Positions 13,916 through 25,665 of a stretch of DNA of 64,000 nucleotides are shown piece by piece (the first letter of the stretch is position 1; every line of letters starts with the position of its first letter). This DNA is from Rhynchobatus australiae. Taxonomy: Eukaryota. The notes under the pieces are model-generated. The model was not told the origin of the DNA. It ran no database searches and saw nothing but the letters and a program-made list of their open reading frames with translations. Made by a program: the position numbers and the translations under genes. The stretch lies in NCBI GenBank assembly GCA_034780895.1, contig JAUZTB010000076.1, forward strand, positions 19,897,717 through 19,961,716, read 5' to 3'.

Positions 13916-14041
13916 GAAAAGTGCCACCAGTACTGGCCAGCAGAGCGTTCTGCCCGGTATCAATACTTTGTGGTAGATCCAATGGCAGAATATAGCATGC
14001 CACAGTACATCCTGCGGGAGTTCAAAGTAACAGATGCCAGG
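13916..14041 (+). CDS. PTPRF: PTPRF exon, D2
   Basis: tag|GAA...AGG|gtaagt, 126 bp; [42 protein letters not shown]. Confidence 0.96.
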
Positions 14042-16666
14042 GTAAGTATGAACTGTAGCCATATTAAAGTTCTTTTGTGCATATGCTTTAATAGTGAGGC
14101 TTATTCTACCAATTGCATTATGTATTATGTTAGTATAGATTATCATATACTGGTACTTTCTGAATTCACTGTAGCATAGTGTTGGTTGTGGTTTTATGCC
14201 TAACGTTCCTTAGAGTGAGTTTCTAATCTCAACCATAAAGTCACAATTTAACACCAAGTGGAGAACTAATTATTTTCGTATAGGAGAGAACAGGTAAGAA
14301 AATGAAAATCACTGTTTCTTTTCCCTTCTAACCAACGACAAAGCTGAATTGCCCCCTTGCTAAGGTGCAGTGTTTTGTACAGAGATAACAGATAAGGAAG
14401 CTGAACGTTTGTCTCCCAGTTTCAACACCATGGAAGAAGGTCATTTATGCTATTGGTCAATCAGTTGTGATAGGTTGTAAAAATAAGACAGAAATGTCTA
14501 CAGTCCATATGTCATTTATGAAAGTAAATCTTGTCAACATGTTTTTGAATTTTCTTAACTTTATTGCAGTGAAGTGCTGCCCGTAATAAATGCATTGACC
14601 TTCAAAATCTGTTTTTCCCCATTTTTACTGCAGTGCCTCTTTTTTTTGGATGCAATAAATGTGATTGCCTCCAAATTTGAGAGACATATCTTCAAAGTGT
14701 CCCACGGTTTTCTCACCAAAGTTAGGCTCAAAATGTATAGATGTCACATGGGCTACACATTGGAGAGCCTTGATAACCACTGTAGTAATATTATTCTTAA
14801 CCAGAGAGGCTGAAAACGTACTCAGTAGGTCAATCTGTGAGCAAAGCTTAAGTCTTTGTCATCTTTTCTGGTTTATTTTCTAATCTGGTACTTTGCTTTT
14901 TGTTGTATTAAGTTTACTTTATTCAACTGAGTGCACTGCATCCAAGGATAAAATATGCATTGCATGTATTGGGAAATCATATTTTTGCACAGACCTTCCT
15001 TTTGCAGTCAGCAATTTAAGTATGGTGATAATGTACTTTTTGAAACTTTAATTGTAGCTGTCAACATTTTACAGCATGCAGACCATTCGCAAATGATGAC
15101 TATAATTTTTTGCTAAAATAGTTTGACAGTATCATGTGACCATGGCAACTTGTATTTCTTTTTGAATGGCATCGGCATCAAAATTAGTGCTTCGTGCAGA
15201 TAATTGGTTGACATTTAGCACAGTGGTGAAGTATTAGTTCTTTAACTTGTTTTCTTGATATTTGGTGATTTAAAAATTAAAACCAAGTACATTTCTGAGT
15301 GTCCAGTATTTTATGGGCTCCATTTTTTTAATGTGATTTTCTTTTTTGTTTACTTAAAAAATAATTGAAAATAAATATATTTTGAATCAGAGATATAAAG
15401 ATATTTGACTAAATGCAAGTATTTATCTCAGTATGTCCTGTGGCCAAGAAATTCTGTTGTGCCTTGTAACATCTCCTTGTGCTACACAATATCAGTGTTC
15501 TAAAATCCAGTCAATAAACAAAATTGAGAATACCGTTCTCAAGAAATTTAGTTACTTTAAAAAGTTATTTTAAGAAATTGTAGTGCAGTCCTCTCAGTAG
15601 GACACCCTACATGTGCAGTTTGGAGGCCATAGGATATGTACAGTGTTGGCAGTCAGTGTGCAATACATAATTGACATCATACTTGCATTTTTCGTCTGTA
15701 ACTGCATGGATCGCAAACAATGCAGGGCCCTTGATACGACAGCCATGACTCGGCCACAGAGTCTGGCAGTGAGCACTGAAGAAGTGAAGGTTCCTCATTG
15801 CTGGCCCCACTGGAGGTTTTCAAAGGGAGCTCCAGATCCACAATCTTTACCCAGATGTCCAACTTCAGCAACCTAATGTCATTGATTGGGGCCATTTGAG
15901 GTGCCAAATGCTGCTCCTTGAGCAAACCTGCCCCAAAGGGGTTTCACCCCATTAGTTGATCTGTAGGGAACTGTTTTAAGGATTCTCACCTTGGCAGGAA
16001 ATCGTATTGGAAATTGAAGTGCACTGCTTTGGTGTGTGCACTTCAGTGCCCATGGTATGTGCGCAGACATTCTGGCAAGCCTGGGTTCACAATTCCAATG
16101 CAGGTGGCACACTGCAGGTTTTATATGTTGAAGAATTTTGAAGCCCTATATCTATGACACACCATGAACATCTATACATCTGGAAGGGGAACAATTTGCA
16201 GGGCTCTGGTAAAAGAGCAGGAAAGTAGCGCTGCATGTAGATATACCTATCAAAGAGCCAACATGTACATGAAGCATGGAACAGCCTCTTTCCCTGCAAT
16301 TTGATTCTGTAATCCAAGATCATAGCAACTGTTATGTGAACTTGCCTTGGGAGGCTTAAAATAGTTTTCTCTTTGAATAGCATTTGCAATCATATGGAAA
16401 TACAATGTGGTGGCAGGTTAATGTTTGCACTTACTTCATCTTCTTCACGTATGTTTTCTCTGTTTCACAGCACCCTGCAAAAAGGTGTTGAGTGTAAAGA
16501 TTGTAACTGAATCTACTGATTCATGGTATCTTAGTCTTCCTCTCCTTCTTGATCTATGAGAGGGGAAACCCATTAACTCATTGTATGTTAAACACAATTT
16601 CAATTCAAATGTGGCCTGGTTTCCATTTACATTATTTGTAAATATACACCATTGTTCTTAACGTAG

Positions 16667-16821
16667 GATGGACAGTCTCGAACAATTCGACAATTCCATT
16701 TCATTGACTGGCCTGAGCAAGGAGTGCCAAAAACAGGCGAAGGATTCATTGACTTTATTGGTCAAGTACACAAGACGAAAGAACAGTTTGGACAGGATGG
16801 ACCTATTACTGTGCACTGCAG
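16667..16821 (+). CDS. PTPRF: PTPRF exon, D2 WPE loop to HC
   Basis: tag|GAT...TGCAG|gtaaga, 155 bp; [51 protein letters not shown]. Same length and phase as the D1 counterpart at 380-534. Confidence 0.96.
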
Positions 16822-17295
16822 GTAAGAGTGAACAAGTTGGTGCTTTTTAGATAAATGATCAATTTAATTGCACAGGTGAGTAAGTTTACATATTCCCATT
16901 CCTGTTACATGCACTTTAAGTGGTATGCCCTGCAGTCACAGAAAATCTTGGAGAATAATTGTGACAGAACATATAGTCATAGAGTCACAGCAGGGAACTT
17001 GTCCATGCCAACCAAAATGCGCATCTAAGCTAGTCCCATTTACCTGTGTGGCCCATATCCTCAAAACCTTTTCTATCTCTGTACCTGTCCAAGTCATCTT
17101 TTAAATGTTGTCTTTGTCCAATTGTAAAGTGATTTGAATTTACTGTTTCCAATGCAAGTGTTGCTATTTTTCCCACTGAGGGCACATACCTCCCAAGTTA
17201 CTTATGCATGATATCATTTTACATTACAAAATTCAATAAAAGTCTGAAATATGCATCTTTGTAGAAGTCTGAAGTAAGTTTCTCCTCNNNNNNNN

Positions 17296-17431
17296 NGCTG
17301 GTGTGGGACGAACTGGAGTATTCATTACATTGAGCATTGTTCTGGAACGGATGAGATATGAGGGAGTTGTAGACATGTTTCAAACTGTGAAAACCTTACG
17401 AACACAGCGGCCCGCCATGGTTCAGACAGAG
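17296..17431 (+). CDS. PTPRF: PTPRF exon, D2 P-loop (acceptor and first base hidden in 9-N gap)
   Basis: [45 protein letters not shown]|gt; start inferred from phase. Confidence 0.93.
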
Positions 17432-17534
17432 GTGGAGTATTTAATCATTGCTATTAAAAGTACACAATGTAAATAAATACTTTAAAAATAACAGGTGCTT
17501 TAAATGTATCAACTTTGCTACCTTGCCATTTAAT

Positions 17535-18190
17535 CCAATGACATTACCATCACTGAATCCCCCACTATTGATATCCTGGGGTTTATCATTGACTAGAAAC
17601 TGAACTGGAATAGCCATGGACACAATGTGGCCACAAAAGCAGGTCAGAGGCTGAGACTCCTGTGGTGAGTACCTCGCCTCCTAACTCCCTAAAGCCCGTT
17701 CACCATATACAAGGCTCAAATCAGGAATGAGGTGGCTGAGTACAGCTTCAACAACGCTCATAAAGCTCGACACCATACAGGACGATAGCAATCCTCTTGA
17801 TAGGCACCCTATCCACAACCATTCACTCACTCCACTACTGATGGACAGCAGCAGCAGTTTGTATTATCTACAGGATTCACTGCAGCAGCTCACCAAGATT
17901 CCTAAGACAGCACCTTCCAAACCCATGACCTCTACTGCCTGGAAGGACAAGGGCAGCAAAAGCATGGGAACACTACCAGCTGGAAGTTGCCAAGCAAGCC
18001 ACACACCATCTTGAAAATATATTGCCTTTCCTTCGCCGTCGCAGAGTCAAGATCCAGCATTGTGGGTATACCCACCCTCAAGGACTACAGCGGTTCAAGA
18101 ACGCAGCTCACCACCACCTTCTCAAGGACAGTTAGGGATGAGAAATTAAATGCTGCCTCAGCCCACTTCCCCCGAATGAATAGAAACAAA
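17535..18190 (+). mobile_element. CR1/L2-clade LINE 3' fragment
   Basis: Decayed ESPTIDILG.IID.KLNW.SH...KAGQRL...TIYKAQIR; tail ...CCCACTTCCCCCGAATGAATA; a more decayed copy at ~37990-38450. Confidence 0.65.
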
Positions 18191-19094
18191 TTGTGAAGTT
18201 NNNNNNNNNNNNNNNNNNNNCTGAGGTCATCATTTTATTCAGGTTGTTAGACAATGGAAAATGTGATGTCATTGAGATCTTGAACTGTGTTAACTACACT
18301 TGCTAGACTTTTATTAGGATCATTGTCCTACCCATCAGATAAAGGGAATGGGACGTACACAGACCATATACAGGAAACAGACAAAACCATACCAGCAGCA
18401 TTCTGTATGAAATGGCCACCCATTTTCTGCTAGCATAAGACCAGTGTTATCCTTTTATTCATCATTGATGTTGAGCAGAGTTGATATTTAGGTTGTGTGG
18501 ATTATTGAATCATGTCCTTTCCTTGAAACTTATCCAGTATGAACATGCCGAACCTATTCTTCTATTGAGCAGCAAGCCACTGAAGCCTGCTGCTTGCCCA
18601 CCCATGAAGTCCCTCTTACCTTCAGCAGGTCCTCTACAGTGAATTCTAGGAAATCAGCTCCTGCCCAATGGCTAAAGCCCGGCTCCACTGTTGGACTCCA
18701 CGGAATCCAATGTCCAATTGCAATCAGGAGATTCACATTGACCAATTACACTGAAGTTCATGGCTTCCCCATTTGTCCATGTGTCCTAAATTTCTCATAG
18801 TTACAAAGGCCACATAACAACTGTCAAGCCCAGAACTGCCAGTATTTCTGTGGAAAGATCATTTGTTTCTTAAAGATAATTGTATTATCATATAAGGAAG
18901 GAATCCTCCCATATGCAATGAATTTTTCACATAGTGCCCTTTACAAATAACTATTTACTTGATAAAATTTGGAACAAACTTATTTCATTTTAATTCTAGT
19001 TGTGCCCCCAGAATGCAGAATTTGTCAATTCATTCAAAAGGGGTTGGTTGCTTGAAAAGGGAATATAGAAGGACAAGGGGAACAAACAGAGCCA

Positions 19095-20950
19095 TTTAGC
19101 ATGCTCGCCTTGGATCCCATGCGACTTAACCTTCTGAACCAGCCACTATGCGGGACCTTGTTAAGCGCTTTACTAAAATCCACATGGACAATGTCTGCCA
19201 TCCTGCCTTCATCAATCTTCTTGGTCACCTCTTCAAAAAAATTCAATCAAGTAGGTGAGGCAGGGTTTCCCCCACACACAGCCATGCTGACTATCCCCGA
19301 TCAATCCCTGCCCTTTCAAATGTATATAAATTACATCCCTTTGGATTTTCTCCAATAATTTCCCTACCACTAATGTAAGGATTATCAGCCTGTAGTTACC
19401 TGACTTATTCCTGCTGCCCTTATTAAATAAAGAAACAACATTAGCTACCTTCCTGTCTTCTGGCACCTCATCCATGGCTAACAAAGATGAAAATCTCTAT
19501 GGCCCCAACTATGTCCTCCCTTGCTTCCCATATCAAGCTAGGATAGATCTCATCTGGCCCTGGGGATATATCAAAACTTCTTTATCCCGTAGCATCAAAC
19601 ACCTCTTCCTTCTTAATACTGACCTGTTACAGATCATTTACATACCATCCCTGAACACTATCTTCCATGTCCTTTTCCTTTAAGTTTTCCATTATTATCA
19701 CTGTATCATGCTTGCATCTCTCTGCGGTTACCCCTGCAGATATGCTTCTCTCTCTCTTTCTACCACTACTTGGTAGCCTGTAGAAAATACCCAATAGAGA
19801 AGTGACAGCCTGATTGTTTCTTACTCTAACCAGGTGGATTCAGTCCTTGGTACGTTGAGGACATCCTCTCTCTCCAGCACCGTAATAAACCAGATAGCAC
19901 TCAATCCAGCACTCCACTCCATCTTGATCCAGCACTTTTCCCACAGCTGCACTTTTGCAGTGCTGCAGGACTGTTCAAACTGGATGCCTGACTGCTGTGG
20001 CCATCCTTTGAAGCAGAGAGGTCTGTGACCAGCATCTGGCTCACACTCCCCCATTGCTAAGGTGGGCTTTGCACTATTTTTAACTGTCTCTGATAATTAG
20101 AGACATAAAAATGGTTCAAATAAATCTAAATAATTAAAAATATATTAAAACTATAATAAATTTACTTAAAAATTACTTATAAGTCCTAGAAATAGAAAAC
20201 ATAAAGTGAAAATTCAAAAGACCCAAACTTATCTTTTCAAAGTCAGTGACCCATGCAGTCATCCTTGACATGAAGCTAAGAGGCCAGGTGTGAAATGCAC
20301 CTGCTCCATATGTTTTGTGATCTGCCCTTGGACTCTCTGCTGGGGGCAGCAGCAGACAGGGAGTTTGGATGCACCAGTGTCAGCCCTCTATTTTGTTTTT
20401 GACTTAAGTGTTGCAATACGCAAGCATGGAAGTAAAAGATGAGCTGACTCATCAAACCTGGCTGTGACTTTGTAGTAATTTAATTTAGTCTACTGCCATC
20501 TAATGCTGACGACTACTCCCAACCTCAGTGCACCTTATTCTTCTTTACGAATACTACCTGTTGGTGCCCCTTCCTGCCAAATTAGTTTGCATATCCCACA
20601 ATTGCACAGTGAACCACCTGCAAGAATGTTGCAACTTGTTGTCCCCCAAAACTGCTCCTGATGTCCCAATCCTGTACCATGCCTTCAGCAATGCATTAAT
20701 CTGTCTCATCCTCTTGTTTTTACTTTCTCTGACATGTGGCACTGGGAGTAATCCAGACATTTCTACATAGTCTTTATTAACTTGCTCACTAGCTCCTGAA
20801 ATTCTAATGTGTTGAACATTGACACATTCTCGCCCCATGTTATCACCATACCATCATGCCCAACTCTTCACTCCCCACCCTTACATAATGTTCTGCATCC
20901 TCTGCATGATCTCCCTTACCTGAGCACCAGGGAAAGTATTCGCCAAGCAG
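19095..20950 (-). mobile_element. Internally deleted CR1 (RT, endonuclease and ORF1 remnants)
   Basis: VPED.KVANVV.LF.KG...GNYR...VVGKLLE...SQHG...CLT.LIEFFEEVTKKIDEGR..D...DFSKA..KVPH; ORF1-like SGLLPVP...N.RMRQINALLKAW at 20554-20838. Confidence 0.8.
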
Positions 20951-21629
20951 AAAAACTCATATGTTCTTCTACCAAATCCACTATAACTAATTCGAGTACT
21001 GTTTCCTATCCTTTGTCCAATAATGTACTGAACTACATTCCTTCAAGATATTGTATTTCCCACTATTACAGGTTTGCAGGAATGTGCAACAGTCCCTATA
21101 GATGCCTGCACTTGCTGCCCTTTTGGATGATTCATGAACTGAGCACCCCATGCATCAAACAGAACCCACTTCCTTGTACACACCTTCAAATCACATTCAA
21201 ATTACACAAGCCTCCACTGAAGTAATTACCACTTATTGCTAACCACCTAATTCTCTAATGACTGTTACTGGCAGGCAGTTTGTTAATTTTTGACTGTAAA
21301 TGTAGAGATACTGCAAGATAAGGCTTAATGTTAAATGAGATCTACCCTCTCGGTGGTGATCAAATTCTCAACTTAATGCTCCAAGAGATCTGTGTGTTTT
21401 CAATTTCCTGCCATGGTCACAGTCCCTCACTCTGCTCCAGTTCATTAACTTGGAGCTGCTGAGGGAAGAGCAACAGTCAAAGAGAAAATGGAACCTCATA
21501 CCTTTAATGTGCATAAATAGTGAGAAATTGGATAGGCATGGAAGGAACAGAGGGATGGAGCATGAGGATTCTCACTGGGAAAAGGGAAAAGGAATGTTTT
21601 TGAGTTAAGAACTATGAACATCATTTGAA

Positions 21630-22090
21630 AGATTTTCCTCATATCCTCTCTAATCCAAGTATTTTACATTCATTCCCCTTAGATTTTGACCATTCTGCTA
21701 AGAGAAATAGGTCCCTGCTATTTGCCCTTGTCGGGATCCCTCATTAATTTTTACAACTCAATTGAGTCTTCACTCAGAAAACAACCCTAGCTTTTCCAAT
21801 ATTTCCTCATACTACAGTTTTCCAGTCCCAGCAATATCTTTGTTAATCTCCTCGCTACCCTCGCCAGTGCAATCACATCATTTCTGAAATGTGGTTACAG
21901 AACTGTACAGAGTACTCAAGCTGAGGGCTAACTAACACTGTACACAGCTTGAGTATAACCTTTTTTATATTATTTGCCTCACTTAACAAAGAGTAGTATT
22001 TGTTATACCTTGTGAACTACTTTGTTGACCCCTCCTGCTGTCTTTAAGGATCTGTAAACACATTCCAAGGTCCCCCTGTTCCTTGAGGCC
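21630..22090 (-). mobile_element. CR1 3' fragment, degenerate
   Basis: AGAACTGTACAGAGTACTCAAG (reverse of LEY.VQF) and flanking CR1 motifs. Confidence 0.65.
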
Positions 22091-22599
22091 TTTAAACATG
22101 CTCTCATTTATTGTACCTTTCCTTGCTTCATTTCTGGCATGGAATAGACATCTGATCAAGCAAACTGCTTTGCCGTGGATAGTGCTTTTGAGTGTTGTGA
22201 TTGCAACCATAGGTAAATATAGAGTAACCTATCCCATTCCTAATCGCTTGTCTTCTCCATGTAATGCTGTGCTTTATAAACGTTGGATCCCATGAATTTG
22301 TTGATTGTTTTGTAACAGCAGGTGTGAGAAATTGGGTGAATTGAAAAGCTACGTGCGCAGCTAAAGAAGAGAAACAGATGGTGTATATTGGGGAATTTGC
22401 AAGGGAAAAGCCAGAAGTGGCAGGAAAAGTCATTTTATGACTATTAATAGTTTATCATTTTTATAGAATCACGGCAATTGGAAGACATGAGGAAGCCGTT
22501 TGATTCCCAGTGCCTATGTCAGTGCTGGCATTTTTAATTCCACTCCCCAATAACCCCCTCCCCCCATTGCAAAATACTTCCTCATTTTTCTCCTCTTCA

Positions 22600-23585
22600 A
22601 ATTTTTTTGGATCAAGGAATATATAGAATCAGTTGTAGATGTGAGGGTAAATCAATGCTGTCAAGCTGACTTTGTTAAATGCCACACCTGGGGTCATCAA
22701 GAAAATTAGAGCAGATGTAATTAGGGTTAATTGAGGACTGAGAATAGACAGGAAGCAGAATGAACAGGTACTTTTCAGGTTGGGAGGCTGTAATGAATGG
22801 GATCGCTGGGGCTCCAGCTGTTCACAATGTGTCTCAATGATTTGGATGAATGGACCATATGTAATATATTGATACAAAATGAGGAGTCAGTGTTGGTTGT
22901 CAGGAAATGCAGAGAGATATTTAGGAGAGATAGATAGGCTTAGTGAATGAGTGAGGATGTGGCAGATGGAAATATAATGAAGTCATCCTTTTTGGATGGA
23001 GTGGTGTTGAAAGATGTTGTTATACACAAGGATGTGGGTGTCACTGATAACTGAAAGTTAATGTACAGGTACAGCCTTTATTTTGAGTGGATTTGAGTAC
23101 AAGAGTAAAGATATCTTACTGGAATTACACAGGGCCTTGGTGAAACCACACCTGGAAGAATGGGTTCAGAACAGGCTTCTCCACCAAACGAAGGAAATGC
23201 CTTTTGTACCAGATTGATTTCTAGAATGGTGGTTTATCTTATATGGAGAGCTCAAGCAGACTGGTTATATTCTCTGCTGAGCCTAGAAGACTAAGAGATA
23301 ATTTGTTGAAACAAGCAAATTCTTAAAGGACTTGACAGGGCTCAGGACTGAGTTGAGAAGAAATCTCTTCAACCAGAGGGCAGTAAATCTTTAGAGTTCT
23401 CTCTCCAGGAGAGCTGTGGCTGTGGACGTTCAAGACAAAGATCTATATGTTTAGGTTTATTGAGGACTATAGGGTTAGTGCAGGAAAGTGGTGCTGAGAT
23501 GAAAGATCACCCCTGATCCTATTGAAAGATGGAGCAGGCAAGAGGGGCCAAATGGCCTACTTCAGCTTGTATTCCCTTTGTTCTC
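22600..23585 (+). mobile_element. CR1 3' fragment with 3'UTR, degenerate
   Basis: W....QME, ALVKPHLE motifs; tail GGAGCAGGCAAGAGGGGCCAAATGGCCTACT. Confidence 0.7.
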
Positions 23586-24270
23586 TTGCATGTTAAAGAG
23601 CTGCAGTGATCACAGCAGCCATGTTGAGAAAATGGTTATACTATGTGCAGTTACTCGCAGCGTATACTGAAAAGTATAATTTTGGTAGGAGCAATAAAAG
23701 GCTGTTACTATATCTGTTACACATTTCCACAGAAATGAACATTGTTTGCTCAACTTGATTCCTTTTTTTGTGCCAAACATATTTACAATTAAATAGAAAA
23801 GCTGCCACAAAAAACTAGGTTTTTAAAATCAACATTAAACTTGACTTTGAGGGACATTTGACATCTGTAATACTCACTGGGTTTTTGATTTACTCTGTGC
23901 TTCAAAATGGTAGAACCTGGTCATTTTACAGTTTCCTTGGAAGCTTGGAGAGAGTTTTGGAGAGTAGTCATCAAATGGATATTTATCCAACAGGACGGTA
24001 CTGTTTCATTATTGAATTTTAGCTAATGTTATGACCAAAAGAAGTCCTTTATTACTAGGAATTATGGGAGATTTCTTTCGTATCTCTTTAGAGGTCTGTT
24101 TGACCATCATATTTTAAATCCATTGTATTTTGTTAAGGTAGATTTAGTAATATCCCATAATATGCACAGAATTCTGTTTAACTTTAATAAATATTTAATT
24201 CTTCTATTAAAATTTTATTGGCTGGCACATGGAGATATTGGACTGAACATTGCTCTGTATCTTTCCACAG

Positions 24271-24339
24271 GACCAGTACCAGTTATGTTACCGAGCAGCA
24301 CTGGAGTACCTTGGAAGCTTTGATCACTATGCAACGTAA
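24271..24339 (+). CDS. PTPRF: PTPRF last coding exon
   Basis: cag|GAC; [22 protein letters not shown], the LAR-family C-terminus; DMFQTVKTL and YQLCY fit PTPRF rather than PTPRD/PTPRS. Confidence 0.96.
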   Translation, partial: DQYQLCYRAALEYLGSFDHYAT

Positions 24340-25665
24340 CTTCTAGCACCCAATCAGAACTTGTGACTTTCAGGACCCAGAAAATGATTTTTTGAGCCAT
24401 ATCATATCAAATCATTGTTCAGTTATCCTGTACAGTGAGTTGTCAAAGATGTAATGATATCAGCAACTCAGAAATTCTATCATGATTCGTGGACTGATCA
24501 GGAACTAAGTTGACTTGCGTTAATTCCAGATGAATGGGATAATAATTTACAAATTTCAAATCCTTTCTATTCTGCATGAGATTCCCTTTTTTGATTATAA
24601 TTTTAGCGCAAGTACAGTGGATCAATTTACTTTTGGGTTTTAACTGGGGTGCCATTTACAATTTTATAAACCTTTTTATTAAAATTGGTCATTTTTTTCT
24701 GGCGAAATTGAATCCCTTATGTTGTAAATGCCTTTTTATTTTGTAATCATTTAAGTTTTTATATTCTTTCTGCTGATTTAAAAGTACCTTATGTTTGCAA
24801 CAGAGCTGCCCATTTTAGTGCAGTTCTGTATTTAATCCTGGTGACTGGAATCTTAACCACTGTTCTGATTATAGCTGCTGATCTTCTACTAGGGATAGAC
24901 AAATCAACCAGAAGTTTAATCTCTTATATGAAAGTGTCTTCTCTTCAGATATCGTACAATACAAACTATTAATATTGAATAAAGCAGGAGCCTGGTGCTG
25001 TTAGATGAATTTAATAAAAAAAAACAAGGATACATTTTGGTTTTGTACAGTTTCTTAAAATGGCCGATTTGATCCTTTCCTTGTTTTAAAAAAAATAAAA
25101 AAGTTAGAAAAACACTCAATACCTAATATTCTGTTCAATCTGTTGGAGGTGGATTTAAACTGGATCTCAACCAATTTGATGTAAACACTGCAACGCACCT
25201 TGCTACAAACCTCCGATCACCTACCTAGAGAAGAGCTGGGGACAACGACCCTTATTCCTCACCAAGCAGATCAATCGGTCTCTGTTTCACATTGATTATT
25301 CTGTGGGAGTCAAGACGGCTTACAAATAGCTTGAACTTTCCGGTGAGCTATTATAGAGGGTTGATGTTCTGTGATGGTTTAATCTTCTGTAATCTATGGA
25401 GCTGATGCAGTTAGGGAGACTGCGTGTGGAAAAGGGAAAGGTGGTAGATGAATGCCAAATATAATCAATCAGTCAGAATGATATTGACCGTAACCTGATT
25501 TGAAGGGATTAAATTGTTTGAAACAAGTTCATTTTTACCTTGTGTATGCATAGTGCTGTAGGGGTTACTCTGTTGTATACACAGTCTGTTTTCTATTTGT
25601 TGATAAATGATATCATCATTGGAAGAGTCTTGATGTTAATAAAGTTCAGTAATCGGGTTTTATAC
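24340..25665 (+). other. PTPRF: Probable PTPRF 3'UTR
   Basis: AT-rich stretch after the stop with no recognisable TE, ending at AATAAA 25638-25643 followed by GT/T-rich sequence. Confidence 0.6.
25638..25643 (+). terminator. Polyadenylation signal AATAAA (probable distal PTPRF site)
   Basis: Canonical hexamer with downstream TGTGGTTT/T-rich element; further AATAAA near 24978, 25013 and 25094 are possible proximal sites. Confidence 0.55.

Noticed and set aside
15594-16112. Cluster of short overlapping ORFs in a moderately GC-rich intronic patch
   Set aside because: No recognisable homology or exon signals; probably an old repeat
1-24339. Assignment to PTPRD or PTPRS
   Set aside because: [18 protein letters not shown] residues and tandem adjacency to a KDM4A-type gene favour PTPRF
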